Assembly (NCBI GenBank): GCA_030765455.1
Contig: JAVCCM010000101.1
Coordinates: 28,794-92,793, forward strand
Source: Candidatus Electryonea clarkiae
Lineage (GTDB): Bacteria; Electryoneota; Electryoneia; Electryoneales; Electryoneaceae
Length of the DNA: 64,000 bases
Reading direction: 5' to 3'
How positions within the stretch are numbered: the stretch's first letter is position 1; the number at the start of each line of letters is the position of its first letter. Made by a program: the position numbers and the translations under genes. Positions 1 to 9,642 of the stretch are shown here, piece after piece. The notes beneath the pieces are model-generated. The model was not told where the DNA came from. It ran no database searches and was given only the letters and a program-made list of their open reading frames with translations.

Positions 1-1407
1 CACTCATATCCAGTACTACCTTATCCGCCTTAATATCCTGGAGACGGGATAAAAGTCTCTTTTGAGTATTAAGTACTTCAAATTTTAATTTGTTCTCGAG
101 AAGCATTAAGCCGATTCGATACCGTACTCTTGAATTTGTTGTTACCATGACAGTTAACGGTGAAGCTTCTACATATTCAATATCCCCGGCATCTTTTACG
201 ATACCCAGCGCCCAATCCAGCCTGATTTGTGTTTTGTTATCCCAATCATTACGACAAATAATGTCAAAAGCACCAAAATCAAGCAAGTCCCGCTGGTTAT
301 TTTCCTCAGATGATTGGTCGTCACTATCGGTTTGTTTGACCTCTTCCATAAAGGTTTTATATGGATCATCGGCAATCCAGATACGTGGGATATTACGAAT
401 TTTCGATTGAGAACGCAGAGTGCGTTCCACCTCAAGCGCTCCCTTTTCCCAATAATCAGCATCCCCGACTACCAGGTCGCACCTTTTTCCGGCAATCTTC
501 TCCAAAACCTCGCTTGACTGGTCTGTGGAAATAATCTCAACTATTCCTTTTTCTTTCAGGTGTTCAGTCCACTCCTCATCTTCGCCTAAGAAAAAGATAT
601 GCGGTTCAAAGGCTTCGGCATGGATGTCATGAGATTCGCTCCGGTACCCGACTGGCGCTTCTCTCTTTTTTTTACTGCGAGATGAAAGTCCACAATCTAT
701 CTTCCAGATTTCTTCAATGATCTTTACAATCATTGTCCTGGCTACACTATCTATCTTTTCAATCTTTACAACGTATTCAGGCGAAGTGAAACGATACATT
801 TGGAGCTGGACGGGAATCTTCGTATCGTCATCCTCTAGTGTTATCGAAGCCTTTGGAATTGCTATGCCATCTGCCCCGATTTTCAGATCAAGCTTTTCCC
901 GAAAAAATATCTGGTTTATACTTGCATGTTCCGGAGTGATTTTTATCCACTCTCCCATAATAAAAAGAGAAAGTTTGATTCCGGAATTATCAGAAAGTTC
1001 AGCGATATACTCCGCAGAATCAACTTCCAGGTCAACAATATCCGATAGCAAGACAGCTTCATATTTACCATGTCTGGCAGTTCCAGCAAGAATCGCACGA
1101 AACGTAGTCGTCACCTGCATTCCGGCATCCATGTATATCAGGTTAGCATGGAACTGTACGACTTCCGAATTCGGATCAAAGTCAGGCAATGGCAGCAGGC
1201 GGTCAACAATCAGGTTAATACCTTCACCTTCACTTCTTACATCCAGTACCTGGGTAATAAAAGTATCTTCGCCACCTCTTACCAGAGTGAGACGCCCCTG
1301 TTGTAATAAGGGATTTTTGAACCACCTTATCCAATCGGCTGGAGAAGATTTGGTTGAAATATTATAGGGGGAGGGAATACTATCCTCTGAACCAGGGGAT
1401 TTGTTTC
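1..1407 (-). CDS. Hypothetical multidomain protein. C-terminal part runs off the left window edge. Start is uncertain: GTG at 1407 is the most upstream candidate, the first ATG is near 1120. Contains a degenerate receiver-like segment (IFFLGEDEEW...CDLVVGDADYWEKG...IPRIWIADD).
   Basis: Manual minus-strand translation gives an uninterrupted frame from the TAG at 1420-1422 to position 1. The ORF track omits ORFs that run off the edge. The plus-strand ORF 717..1367 is Ser-rich antisense noise. Confidence 0.5.
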
Positions 1408-1476
1408 GATCTGCCACTGGTGAATCGCTCTAATAGTAATGATTAAATGTAAACAGTTCAGGAAACAGAAAGAAGA

Positions 1477-1659
1477 TTATACGCGAACGTCGATAAGTGC
1501 AGAGTCATCAGTAGGCGGTCCTTTGCGCTCTTCCCCGTTCTCTTCTTCCTCTTCCTTTTTCTTCCGCTTGTATTCCTCGCCTTGATGCGGATTCTTGTAA
1601 GGATTATCCCGTCGTGTCACAGGCGGGACTCCAGATGTGTCGTCCATAATTAGCTCCAA
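1477..1659 (-). CDS. Small highly charged hypothetical protein (60 aa, K/E-rich)
   Basis: ATG preceded by GGAG 7 nt upstream. Lies 58 nt upstream of the previous gene on the same strand. No recognisable family. Confidence 0.35.
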   Translation of the reverse strand: MELIMDDTSGVPPVTRRDNPYKNPHQGEEYKRKKKEEEEENGEERKGPPTDDSALIDVRV

Positions 1660-1928
1660 TGTTAGATATTTTGGAAAACGAATTCATCCGACATTGTCAA
1701 AACAACTTACAACAATTAATATTCCATTTCCAATAGCTTGGCATTCAATATTTTGTTTTTTTATATTTTTTCTGTCTTCTAAGGATGGACTACAATAGAA
1801 TCATATCAACTGAAAACATTTTATATTCAAATATATATATGTATCTTTGACCTCGGATTCTTTTCACACGCATAGCATCATGGGAAAAAGTGAATCAGGA
1901 AACAAATATGTATTAAGGAGAATTTATA

Positions 1929-3365
1929 ATGTTGAAAGAAACATATCCCTACTACCTGGCAAATGAACCACGTCAACCGAATAGCGACCTTGAAGTTAAA
2001 AACAAGTATTCGGGAGAAGTGGCAACTCGTGTAGCGGTAGCAGACTCTGAAGCGATAGATGAAGCAATAGGATGGGCTGTAGAAGCGGCGGAGCCGATGA
2101 GGAAAATGCCATCGTTTAAACGCGCTGAAGTGCTTCATCATTGTGTCAAACGTTTTGAAGAACGATTCGAGGAACTCGCTTATTCACTCTGCATTGAAGC
2201 AGGAAAACCGATACGTGATTCACGTGGAGAAGTCTCCCGGTTAATTGATACTTTCCGGATCGCTGCTGAGGAAACGGTTCGTTTTGGTGGCGAGTATCTA
2301 CCTCTTGACATATCGCCCCGTGCTGAAGGTTATGAATCAATATACAAGAGAGTGCCGGTCGGTCCATGCTCTTTCATCAGTCCTTTCAATTTCCCCTTGA
2401 ATCTTACAGCTCATAAAATGGCACCTGCATTAGCTGTGGGTTGTCCATTTGTTCTGAAACCCGCTTCTTACACCCCGGTTGGAGCGTTAATAATTGCCGA
2501 AATCTTAGCTGAAACCGATTTGCCGAAGGGAGCTTTCAGTGTTCTGCCCGTTCGGAGGGAAGGCGCTGATCTGTTCACAGTCGATGAACGTTTGAAACTG
2601 CTCTCATTTACCGGATCAAGAGAGGTCGGCTGGTCTTTGAAAGCGAAAGCGGGCAAGAAAAAAGTTGTGCTCGAACTTGGCGGAAACGCAGGGTGTATTG
2701 TCGATCAGGGCACAGACCTTGAATATGCCGCCGACAGGATCACCTTCGGAGCGTTCTATCAATCGGGGCAATCATGTATCAGTGTTCAGCGGGTATTCAT
2801 CCATGAATCATTATATGAACGGTTGATTCCGATGCTGATTGAACGCGCCGGTTCATGGAAAACAGGCGATCCGACAGATGAATCCACCACCCTGGGACCT
2901 ATTATCAGTGAAGGTGATGCGATTAGAATAGAAGAATGGATCAGCGAAGCGGTTGATCATGGCGCTAATATCCTCTGCGGCGCAAAACGAAATGGTATTT
3001 TTGTTGATGCCACATTACTTGAAAATGTCGATCCCAGGGATAAAGTATCCTGCCGGGAAGTATTCGGGCCGGTTGCAATAGTAAAACCCTTCAGTGATTT
3101 CAAACAGGCAGTAGCAGAAGTTAACGACAGCAGGTACGGGTTACAGGCTGGAGTCTTTACAAAAAATATTGATCACGCTTTTTATGCCTGGAATGAACTG
3201 GAGGTAGGAGGAGTGGTAATCAACGACATCCCCTCTATGCGGGTGGACAGCATGCCTTACGGTGGAGTCAAAGATTCCGGGCTGGGACGGGAAGGGATTA
3301 TTTTCTCCATGGAGGATATGACTGAAATCCGGTTGCTGGTATTGAATCGGATCGGCAAAATTTAA
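1929..3365 (+). CDS. NAD(P)-dependent aldehyde dehydrogenase family protein (478 aa)
   Basis: AAGGAG RBS 8 nt upstream of the ATG. ALDH motifs ELGGNAG and FYQSGQSCISVQRVF with the catalytic Cys. Length typical of the ALDH superfamily, including GapN-like enzymes. Confidence 0.9.
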   Translation: MLKETYPYYLANEPRQPNSDLEVKNKYSGEVATRVAVADSEAIDEAIGWAVEAAEPMRKMPSFKRAEVLHHCVKRFEERFEELAYSLCIEAGKPIRDSRGEVSRLIDTFRIAAEETVRFGGEYLPLDISPRAEGYESIYKRVPVGPCSFISPFNFPLNLTAHKMAPALAVGCPFVLKPASYTPVGALIIAEILAETDLPKGAFSVLPVRREGADLFTVDERLKLLSFTGSREVGWSLKAKAGKKKVVLELGGNAGCIVDQGTDLEYAADRITFGAFYQSGQSCISVQRVFIHESLYERLIPMLIERAGSWKTGDPTDESTTLGPIISEGDAIRIEEWISEAVDHGANILCGAKRNGIFVDATLLENVDPRDKVSCREVFGPVAIVKPFSDFKQAVAEVNDSRYGLQAGVFTKNIDHAFYAWNELEVGGVVINDIPSMRVDSMPYGGVKDSGLGREGIIFSMEDMTEIRLLVLNRIGKI

Positions 3366-3413
3366 TTTCAGACATCATGAAAGCAAGATTTCGGGAAAGG
3401 AGTCAAATAGGTA

Positions 3414-3671
3414 TCATTTTTTAATCATGGATATCACCAGTAAAACCATTGAAGAAACAATGATTACAATAACAATTGTTGACCTGATCATCATAGTCTG
3501 TAGATCTAAAAAGAACATCAGTATTCCGGAAACGATAAATCCAAGACCTGCGATACGGCCTATCGTAGGATGAAGCGTCAACGTATATCTTCCATTCGGG
3601 ATATAGCCATAAAAAAATATCAGAATGCCAATGCCGATCAACGTACATCTAATAAAGGTAGCGCTTAACAT
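3414..3671 (-). CDS. Small integral membrane protein (85 aa, about 3 TM helices)
   Basis: ATG with an AAAGGAAA RBS. Hydrophobic helices. The alternative frame 3421..3648 is not protein-like. Confidence 0.5.
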   Translation of the reverse strand: MLSATFIRCTLIGIGILIFFYGYIPNGRYTLTLHPTIGRIAGLGFIVSGILMFFLDLQTMMIRSTIVIVIIVSSMVLLVISMIKK

Positions 3672-3726
3672 GTTGATTTCCTTTCAATTCTTTTTAATCA
3701 ACATATATTATCATAAACCCGTTAAT

Positions 3727-4428
3727 TCAAAGCATTAAAACATCAGTCATCGAATAACTTCCCGACTTTTTCCCAGCAAGGAACCTGACCGCAGGGGCAA
3801 CTCCCCTTGCGAATGCCATGCGTGATCTTGCACGGTGTATCAACTCGATTTCCTCACCATCGGAAGCGAAAATCACATGATGTTCACCGACAACTTCACC
3901 GAGACGTAAACTTGAGGTCTGAACAGGACCTTTGACTTCTTCGATAAGTTCTGATAATCGTTTTGCCGTACCTGAGGGAGCGTCGATTTTATGACGATGG
4001 TGAGTCTCTGAAACTGCTACGTCATAACCATCTGACAGGATTTTACGGATTTTAGGAGCAAGATCGAAAAGAAGGTTAACCCCGATAGAAAGGTTGGGGG
4101 CGATAATATGTGCAACTTTCAGGTTTTCAAGATATGTGGTCTGTTCTTCATTAAAACCGGTAGCGCCGATGAGAATAGGTATTCCGGCTCTTTCGGCTCT
4201 TTCAGCATGTTCGATTGCGGCGTCAGCCAGGGAAACATCCACCCAGACGTTAGCGCTGAAATCCTTGTCTGGAATATCACCTGTAAGTTCTACAGATCCA
4301 ATTTTTTCGCCATCATGTTCAAATATGTCAACTGCCCATGCGACATTGATATCATCTTCAGTTTCGAGCGCTGCCAGGATCTCCTGACCCATCCGTCCGC
4401 CTGCGCCGAATATAGTTGTAGTAACCAT
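3727..4428 (-). CDS. dapB: 4-hydroxy-tetrahydrodipicolinate reductase
   Basis: N-terminus MVTTTIFGAGGRMGQEI with the NAD(P)-binding GxxGxxG motif, and overall DapB-like sequence. Internal ATG at 4428 chosen over the longer upstream TTG/ATG extension. Confidence 0.9.
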   Translation of the reverse strand: MVTTTIFGAGGRMGQEILAALETEDDINVAWAVDIFEHDGEKIGSVELTGDIPDKDFSANVWVDVSLADAAIEHAERAERAGIPILIGATGFNEEQTTYLENLKVAHIIAPNLSIGVNLLFDLAPKIRKILSDGYDVAVSETHHRHKIDAPSGTAKRLSELIEEVKGPVQTSSLRLGEVVGEHHVIFASDGEEIELIHRARSRMAFARGVAPAVRFLAGKKSGSYSMTDVLML

Positions 4429-4491
4429 TTTGGTACTCTCGTTGATTTGGAGAATTTTCAATCTATGCAATTGCTGAATATATGTTTGCAT

Positions 4492-4546
4492 GTAGGGGCA
4501 TGATTTATCAGCCCGCAAATTCCGGGCGCATGAATGCTGCCCCTAC
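4492..4546. terminator. Inverted repeat GTAGGGGCA...TGCCCCTAC (9 bp stem, 37 nt loop with an inner GCCCG/CGGGC stem) between dapA and dapB
   Basis: Read directly from the sequence. Possible dapA terminator or dapB regulatory element. Confidence 0.3.
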
Positions 4547-4564
4547 AATGAATAAGCTATACAG

Positions 4565-5455
4565 CTAATTTTTGATTAGTTTCAAACGTAGTAGTTCTTG
4601 TTTTACTGCATCCTGGGATTCAAATCTCATTGGTGCCAAAGGAGGTCTGACATTTCCTCCGGGCAAACCCATCAATTTTAGTGCATACTTAACAGGAGCA
4701 GGACTGGTTTCGATAAAGATGGCTTTTACAAGGCGATCCAATCTTCGGTGAAGATCGTAAGCGTCCGCACTGTACCCTTCCATCTTTGCCTTCCATTGTT
4801 CCACTACAAGCTCTGGAACAAGATTGGATAGCACACTGACCGTTCCCACTCCCCCGACATCCCAGATCGGCAGGTTCAATCCATCCTCGCCGGAAAAGAG
4901 AACCGCATTTCCTACGATCAGCTTGACAATTTCCCAGACCTGGGCAAGACTTCCCGATGCTTCCTTGACAGCAGCTATCGTCGGCAAGTCCATCAGGCGT
5001 TCAAGTGTTGCGGGTGTAAGGTTAAGAGCGGTTCGTCCCGGAACGTTATAGACCATTATCGGTACGTCCGGAGCAGCCTCGACTATTGCAACAAAATGAC
5101 GCACAATACCGTCTTCCGTAGGTTTGTTATAGTAAGGAGTGATCACCAGGGCGCCGTCAGCCCCAAGCTCGCCCACACGTTTTGTTCTTTCAGCGCTTAC
5201 AGTGGTATTATTAGTCCCGCTTCCAGCGATGATCGTTGCTTTACCCTTTGCCTCAGCGACTGTTATCTCTATTACACGTTCCCATTCCGCCTGGTTCAAT
5301 GCAGGAGATTCACCTGTCGTGCCGCATGGTACGAGACCATGAATGCCGGCATCAAGCTGCCGTTGAATTAATGATCGCAGTCCATCCTCATCCAGCGAAT
5401 CGTCTTCGTTGAATGGAGTAACGAGTGCTGTAAAAACACCTTTCCAGTCTGTCAT
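4565..5455 (-). CDS. dapA: 4-hydroxy-tetrahydrodipicolinate synthase
   Basis: TALVTPF...GLVPCGTTGE...AIVEAAPDVPIMVYNVPGRT is classic DapA/NAL-family. Confidence 0.93.
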   Translation of the reverse strand: MTDWKGVFTALVTPFNEDDSLDEDGLRSLIQRQLDAGIHGLVPCGTTGESPALNQAEWERVIEITVAEAKGKATIIAGSGTNNTTVSAERTKRVGELGADGALVITPYYNKPTEDGIVRHFVAIVEAAPDVPIMVYNVPGRTALNLTPATLERLMDLPTIAAVKEASGSLAQVWEIVKLIVGNAVLFSGEDGLNLPIWDVGGVGTVSVLSNLVPELVVEQWKAKMEGYSADAYDLHRRLDRLVKAIFIETSPAPVKYALKLMGLPGGNVRPPLAPMRFESQDAVKQELLRLKLIKN

Positions 5456-5480
5456 CAGTCAATCCTGTTTATTGATTGTT

Positions 5481-5560
5481 GATAGTTCCGTCAGTTCTTT
5501 AGCGAAGCGGTGAACTGACGGAACTATCTGTCAGGTCACCACTGCGTTCAAGACCTGACA
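5481..5560. terminator. Two consecutive perfect hairpins between the glnA stop and the dapA start (GATAGTTCCGTCAGTTC/GAACTGACGGAACTATC, and CTGTCAGGTC/GACCTGACAG)
   Basis: 16 bp and 10 bp stems read from the sequence. No clear U-tract on either strand, so REP-like or attenuator rather than a canonical terminator. Confidence 0.4.
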
Positions 5561-5579
5561 GAACTTCAGAGTTTATATT

Positions 5580-6995
5580 TTAAATATCGTAATAAAGTTC
5601 AAACTCCCAGGGGTGAGGTCTTTGCCTGAGCGCATTAACTTCTTTCTCGCGTTTGTACCATATCCAGGTATCCACAACATCCTCAGTGAAAACATTTCCC
5701 TTGTAAAGGAAATCCTGGTCAGCTTCAAGAGCATCAAGGGAGTTGGCAAGTGTCGGGGGAGTTTCCGGTACTTCAGCTAATTCTTCCGGTTCCAGGTCAT
5801 ACATATTCTTATCTAATGGATCACCGGGATGAATTTTGTTCTGGATTCCGTCGAGCCCTGCCATCAGCAATGCGCTGAAAGCGATATAGGGATTACACGA
5901 CGAATCAGGTACCCGGAACTCGATACGTTTCGCCTTTGGATTCGGATCATACATTGGTATCCGGATTGCTGCAGAACGGTTACGTTGACTGTATGCAAGC
6001 CGGGTGGGAGCCTCATAGCCGGGGATAAGACGCTTGTAACTATTAGTCGTAGGATTAGCAAAAGCGCAGAGCGCCGGAGCGTGTTTTAATATGCCGCCTG
6101 CAAAATAAAGCGCCATTTCCGATAGTCCGGCATAACGGTCACCCGCGAATAGTGGTACGCCGGCTTTCCAAAGGCTCATATGTGTATGCATCCCGCTACC
6201 GTTATCCATAAATATTGGTTTTGGCATAAAAGTAGCAGTTTTATTATGCTGGAACGACACGTTCTTAACTACATACTTGAATAGCTGCAATTGATCGGCA
6301 ATTTTCAGCATTGAGTTGAAGCGCATGTCGATTTCGCCCTGCCCGCCGGTTCCTACTTCATGATGGTGCGCTTCTATAGTAATTCCCATGGACTCAAGGA
6401 TTACTGACATTTCACTGCGGATATCCTGCTGAGAATCCTGGGGTGGGACTGGAAAGTAGCCTTCTTTGTAGCGTGGTTTGTAACCAAGATTCGGATTTTC
6501 TTCCCGTCCACTGTTCCAGTGCCCTTCTTTCGAATCTATATGAAAATATCCTTCATGTTCATTTTGCGAGTAACGAATGTCATCAAAAATGTAAAACTCT
6601 GCCTCAGCTCCGAAATATGCTGTATCGGCAAAACCGAGAGATTTCAAATAATCTTCGGCTTTGCGAGCAAGCGTTCGTGGACATTTGCTATATGGCATCA
6701 TAGTTGTAGGTTCGATTATATCACAGAAAAGAATCAGGGTGGTATGTTTTGCGAAAGGATCTATTACAGCCGTAGAGGCATCAGGGCGGACAAGCATATC
6801 TGATTCGTTAATTTGACGCCAGCCTCGAATTGATGAGCCGTCAAAACCGTAACCTTTTTCAAATGCTTCAGGATTCAACCTGCTAACCGGCACAGAAAAA
6901 TGCTGCCATAAACCCGGAAAATCCATAAAGCGGAGGTCGATCATCTTGACTTCCTTGCTCTTTGTTAATTCGAAAAGGTCGTGTATCATATCCAT
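5580..6995 (-). CDS. glnA: Glutamine synthetase type I
   Basis: 471 aa with GSI signatures (FDGSSIRGW, the [18 protein letters not shown] region, a C-terminal adenylylation-site-like region). Immediately downstream of glnB. Confidence 0.95.
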   Translation of the reverse strand: MDMIHDLFELTKSKEVKMIDLRFMDFPGLWQHFSVPVSRLNPEAFEKGYGFDGSSIRGWRQINESDMLVRPDASTAVIDPFAKHTTLILFCDIIEPTTMMPYSKCPRTLARKAEDYLKSLGFADTAYFGAEAEFYIFDDIRYSQNEHEGYFHIDSKEGHWNSGREENPNLGYKPRYKEGYFPVPPQDSQQDIRSEMSVILESMGITIEAHHHEVGTGGQGEIDMRFNSMLKIADQLQLFKYVVKNVSFQHNKTATFMPKPIFMDNGSGMHTHMSLWKAGVPLFAGDRYAGLSEMALYFAGGILKHAPALCAFANPTTNSYKRLIPGYEAPTRLAYSQRNRSAAIRIPMYDPNPKAKRIEFRVPDSSCNPYIAFSALLMAGLDGIQNKIHPGDPLDKNMYDLEPEELAEVPETPPTLANSLDALEADQDFLYKGNVFTEDVVDTWIWYKREKEVNALRQRPHPWEFELYYDI

Positions 6996-7159
6996 TGTGT
7001 TTCTCCTAATTTGAAATTTTCTTGCCTTGATGGTATTATGAGTATTATCTAAATAATATACATTTATTTACTTCTGTGGTTTCCAGCAATTCAGGAAAGC
7101 GAAAAGTTATTAACAGGATCTCGTGCAGTCAAATCTAAGTTGCGGTTTTTGCATAATAA

Positions 7160-7525
<366 letters not shown>

Positions 7526-7544
7526 TTAAAAATATAGACTGCCA

Positions 7545-8606
7545 TCAAACTGCGAAACGGACATGCATTATTTCTCCATCCTGAACGATATAATCTTTTC
7601 CTTCGAGACGCAACAGACCTTTGTCACGACATGCAGAAAAAGAACCAAGCTCTATGTAGTCATTTGAGTGCACAATCTCACCCCTGATAAATCCTCTTTC
7701 AAGGTCAGAGTGGATCTCACCCGCCGCATTTACTGCCTTTATCCCGGAGGGCACTGGCCAGGCTCGGACCTCATCGTCTCCAATAGTGAAGAAACTGATC
7801 AGGTTCAATAGTTCGAAACCAGTTTGAATAACTCGTTCTGAGGCTGGACTGTCGATTTTCATTTCTTTCAGGAAATCGTCTCGATCCTCCTCGTCAAGGA
7901 TTGCAATTTCAGATTCCAATTTAGCATTCACAATATCAAAACGCTTTTTTGTTCCGATTAATTTTCCTTCAAGTGCGTCTCTTAGAATTTCGATATCCTG
8001 ATCATCTGCGACATTTATAACGATAAGGTGAGGTTTCAAGGTCAGGAATGCAAAGGTGCGGATTATTTTGTCCTGTTCAGCTTCAAATGCAAGATTACGA
8101 AGGGGGATTTCCGAATTAAGAGAGTCAAGTATCTTTTTCAGGATATCAAGTTCAATTGCATTAGTTTTAAGTCCACGGTTCTGATTAGCATCTATGCGTT
8201 CGATACGATTTTCTGCTATCCCCATATCCGACAGCAGCAATTCATCCTCGATTTCTTTTACCTCCTCGAGGATTGTTTCAACAATACCTTCAATATCATC
8301 CCAGCCAAGATGAAATACACCAATCACGGTCACAAGTAATTGTGACCCTTGTAGATGGTTTATCATTGATCTTTTGAATCCGGTAATTTCCTCCGAATGT
8401 GCAAGACCGGCAATATCAAGGTAATCAACACGTGCTGCAATTTTTTTGGACGAGGGATAAAAAGTGTGAAGAGCATCGAGACGTTTATCCGGCACAAATG
8501 CAATACCCGAATGTGCCTGCTCACCAATGCTTGATTCCATACCTGTTAGGGCTGTATATAGAGTCGATTTCCCACTGCCCTGCCAACCGATTAATGCTAT
8601 TTGCAT
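7545..8606 (-). CDS. ychF: Ribosome-associated ATPase/GTPase YchF (Ola1 family)
   Basis: P-loop GWQGSGKST. C-terminal TGS-like RLEGKDYIVQDGEIMHVRFAV closely matches the YchF C-terminus. 353 aa. Confidence 0.85.
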   Translation of the reverse strand: MQIALIGWQGSGKSTLYTALTGMESSIGEQAHSGIAFVPDKRLDALHTFYPSSKKIAARVDYLDIAGLAHSEEITGFKRSMINHLQGSQLLVTVIGVFHLGWDDIEGIVETILEEVKEIEDELLLSDMGIAENRIERIDANQNRGLKTNAIELDILKKILDSLNSEIPLRNLAFEAEQDKIIRTFAFLTLKPHLIVINVADDQDIEILRDALEGKLIGTKKRFDIVNAKLESEIAILDEEDRDDFLKEMKIDSPASERVIQTGFELLNLISFFTIGDDEVRAWPVPSGIKAVNAAGEIHSDLERGFIRGEIVHSNDYIELGSFSACRDKGLLRLEGKDYIVQDGEIMHVRFAV

Positions 8607-8633
8607 AATATCATTTCTGTTAATTAGCGAACT

Positions 8634-9629
8634 TTACTCATCAAAAATTGATGATTGTACCGGTCGAATTTCTCTTTCGGAATATGCCTTATCCAATATG
8701 GTATTCAACGGTTCTTCCCAGGGAGGTTTCGGGAAGGGAAGAGTACCGAGTTTCAATAATTCGTAATTTCCTTTCGGGGCGTTCTCTTCATCGCGCACGA
8801 ACAGGGGGACAGGATTTTCTCGTTTCAATTCTTCTGTAGCTCCTGCCCAGGTGCCGCCACTTTTGTATTCTGCGCTGATAATCAGTCCATACCGGGATAA
8901 CGCATAGATATATTTATTTCTACTCATCGCGTTGCCAACCGTAAAACGAGCTTCAGGATTGAAAGAAGATACCAGCAACAACCGTTGATCGAGTATTGCT
9001 TCACGATATTTACCTGATACTGAAGTTCTTAACAAGCTGTCAGCCATTACTCCAATGGCAACTCCTTCAGCATCTAATGTGCTTTTCATTGAAATCTGAT
9101 CAACTCCCCGCGCTCCGCCTGATATAATTGCAATTCCACGATTTGCGCAATGCTCTCCTACTGCCCTGGTAAAGTCTTCGCCTCGTTTGTCAACGTTACG
9201 GGAACCTACCACAGCCAACCCGTCACAATCAAAAAGTGAACGATCACCAACACCATAAAGAATCGGAGGACTAAGTCTATTCAGATGTTTTCGCAATTTC
9301 CCAGGATAGTTCTTTTCGCTGCGCGTGATGATCCAAATCCCTTTATTCATCCATTTCTCGACAGCGAAAGCCAGCATTGCGCCTCGTATGAGTAAATTCT
9401 CCACTCGTTGAGGATCAATACTCCCCATAATATTTTGTTTTAACAGCTTGCGAACTTCCGTTTCGAGGAGATCGCCTGGACGCATATCATTATCCGCTAA
9501 CCATTTGGCAAGTTTATTATATTCAGCGATACTTAACGGTTTTACCGATTCACGATCTTCACGGCTGCCGAAAATACCGCATAATAATAATGTAGCTTTA
9601 CTGTCATCTGTCAGTTCATAAGTTTGCAT
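8634..9629 (-). CDS. DprA/Smf-family (SLOG Rossmann) DNA-processing protein
   Basis: LAVVGSRNVDKRGEDFTRAVGEHCANRGIAIISGGARGVDQISMKSTLDAEG...EYKSGGTWAGATEEL matches the DprA Rossmann domain. Starts 13 nt downstream of the helicase stop. Confidence 0.8.
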   Translation of the reverse strand: MQTYELTDDSKATLLLCGIFGSREDRESVKPLSIAEYNKLAKWLADNDMRPGDLLETEVRKLLKQNIMGSIDPQRVENLLIRGAMLAFAVEKWMNKGIWIITRSEKNYPGKLRKHLNRLSPPILYGVGDRSLFDCDGLAVVGSRNVDKRGEDFTRAVGEHCANRGIAIISGGARGVDQISMKSTLDAEGVAIGVMADSLLRTSVSGKYREAILDQRLLLVSSFNPEARFTVGNAMSRNKYIYALSRYGLIISAEYKSGGTWAGATEELKRENPVPLFVRDEENAPKGNYELLKLGTLPFPKPPWEEPLNTILDKAYSEREIRPVQSSIFDE

Positions 9630-9642
9630 GAATTCTGCCGTT

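Noticed and set aside
717-1367. 216-aa plus-strand ORF (and the overlapping 90..410, 314..517, 1070..1306 ORFs)
   Set aside because: Ser-rich, non-protein-like. It is antisense to a continuous minus-strand reading frame that runs from 1420 to the window edge and gives a plausible protein.
5456-5579. Possible lysine riboswitch upstream of dapA
   Set aside because: The intergenic region is only about 125 nt and consists of two simple perfect hairpins. This is too short and lacks L-box conserved elements.
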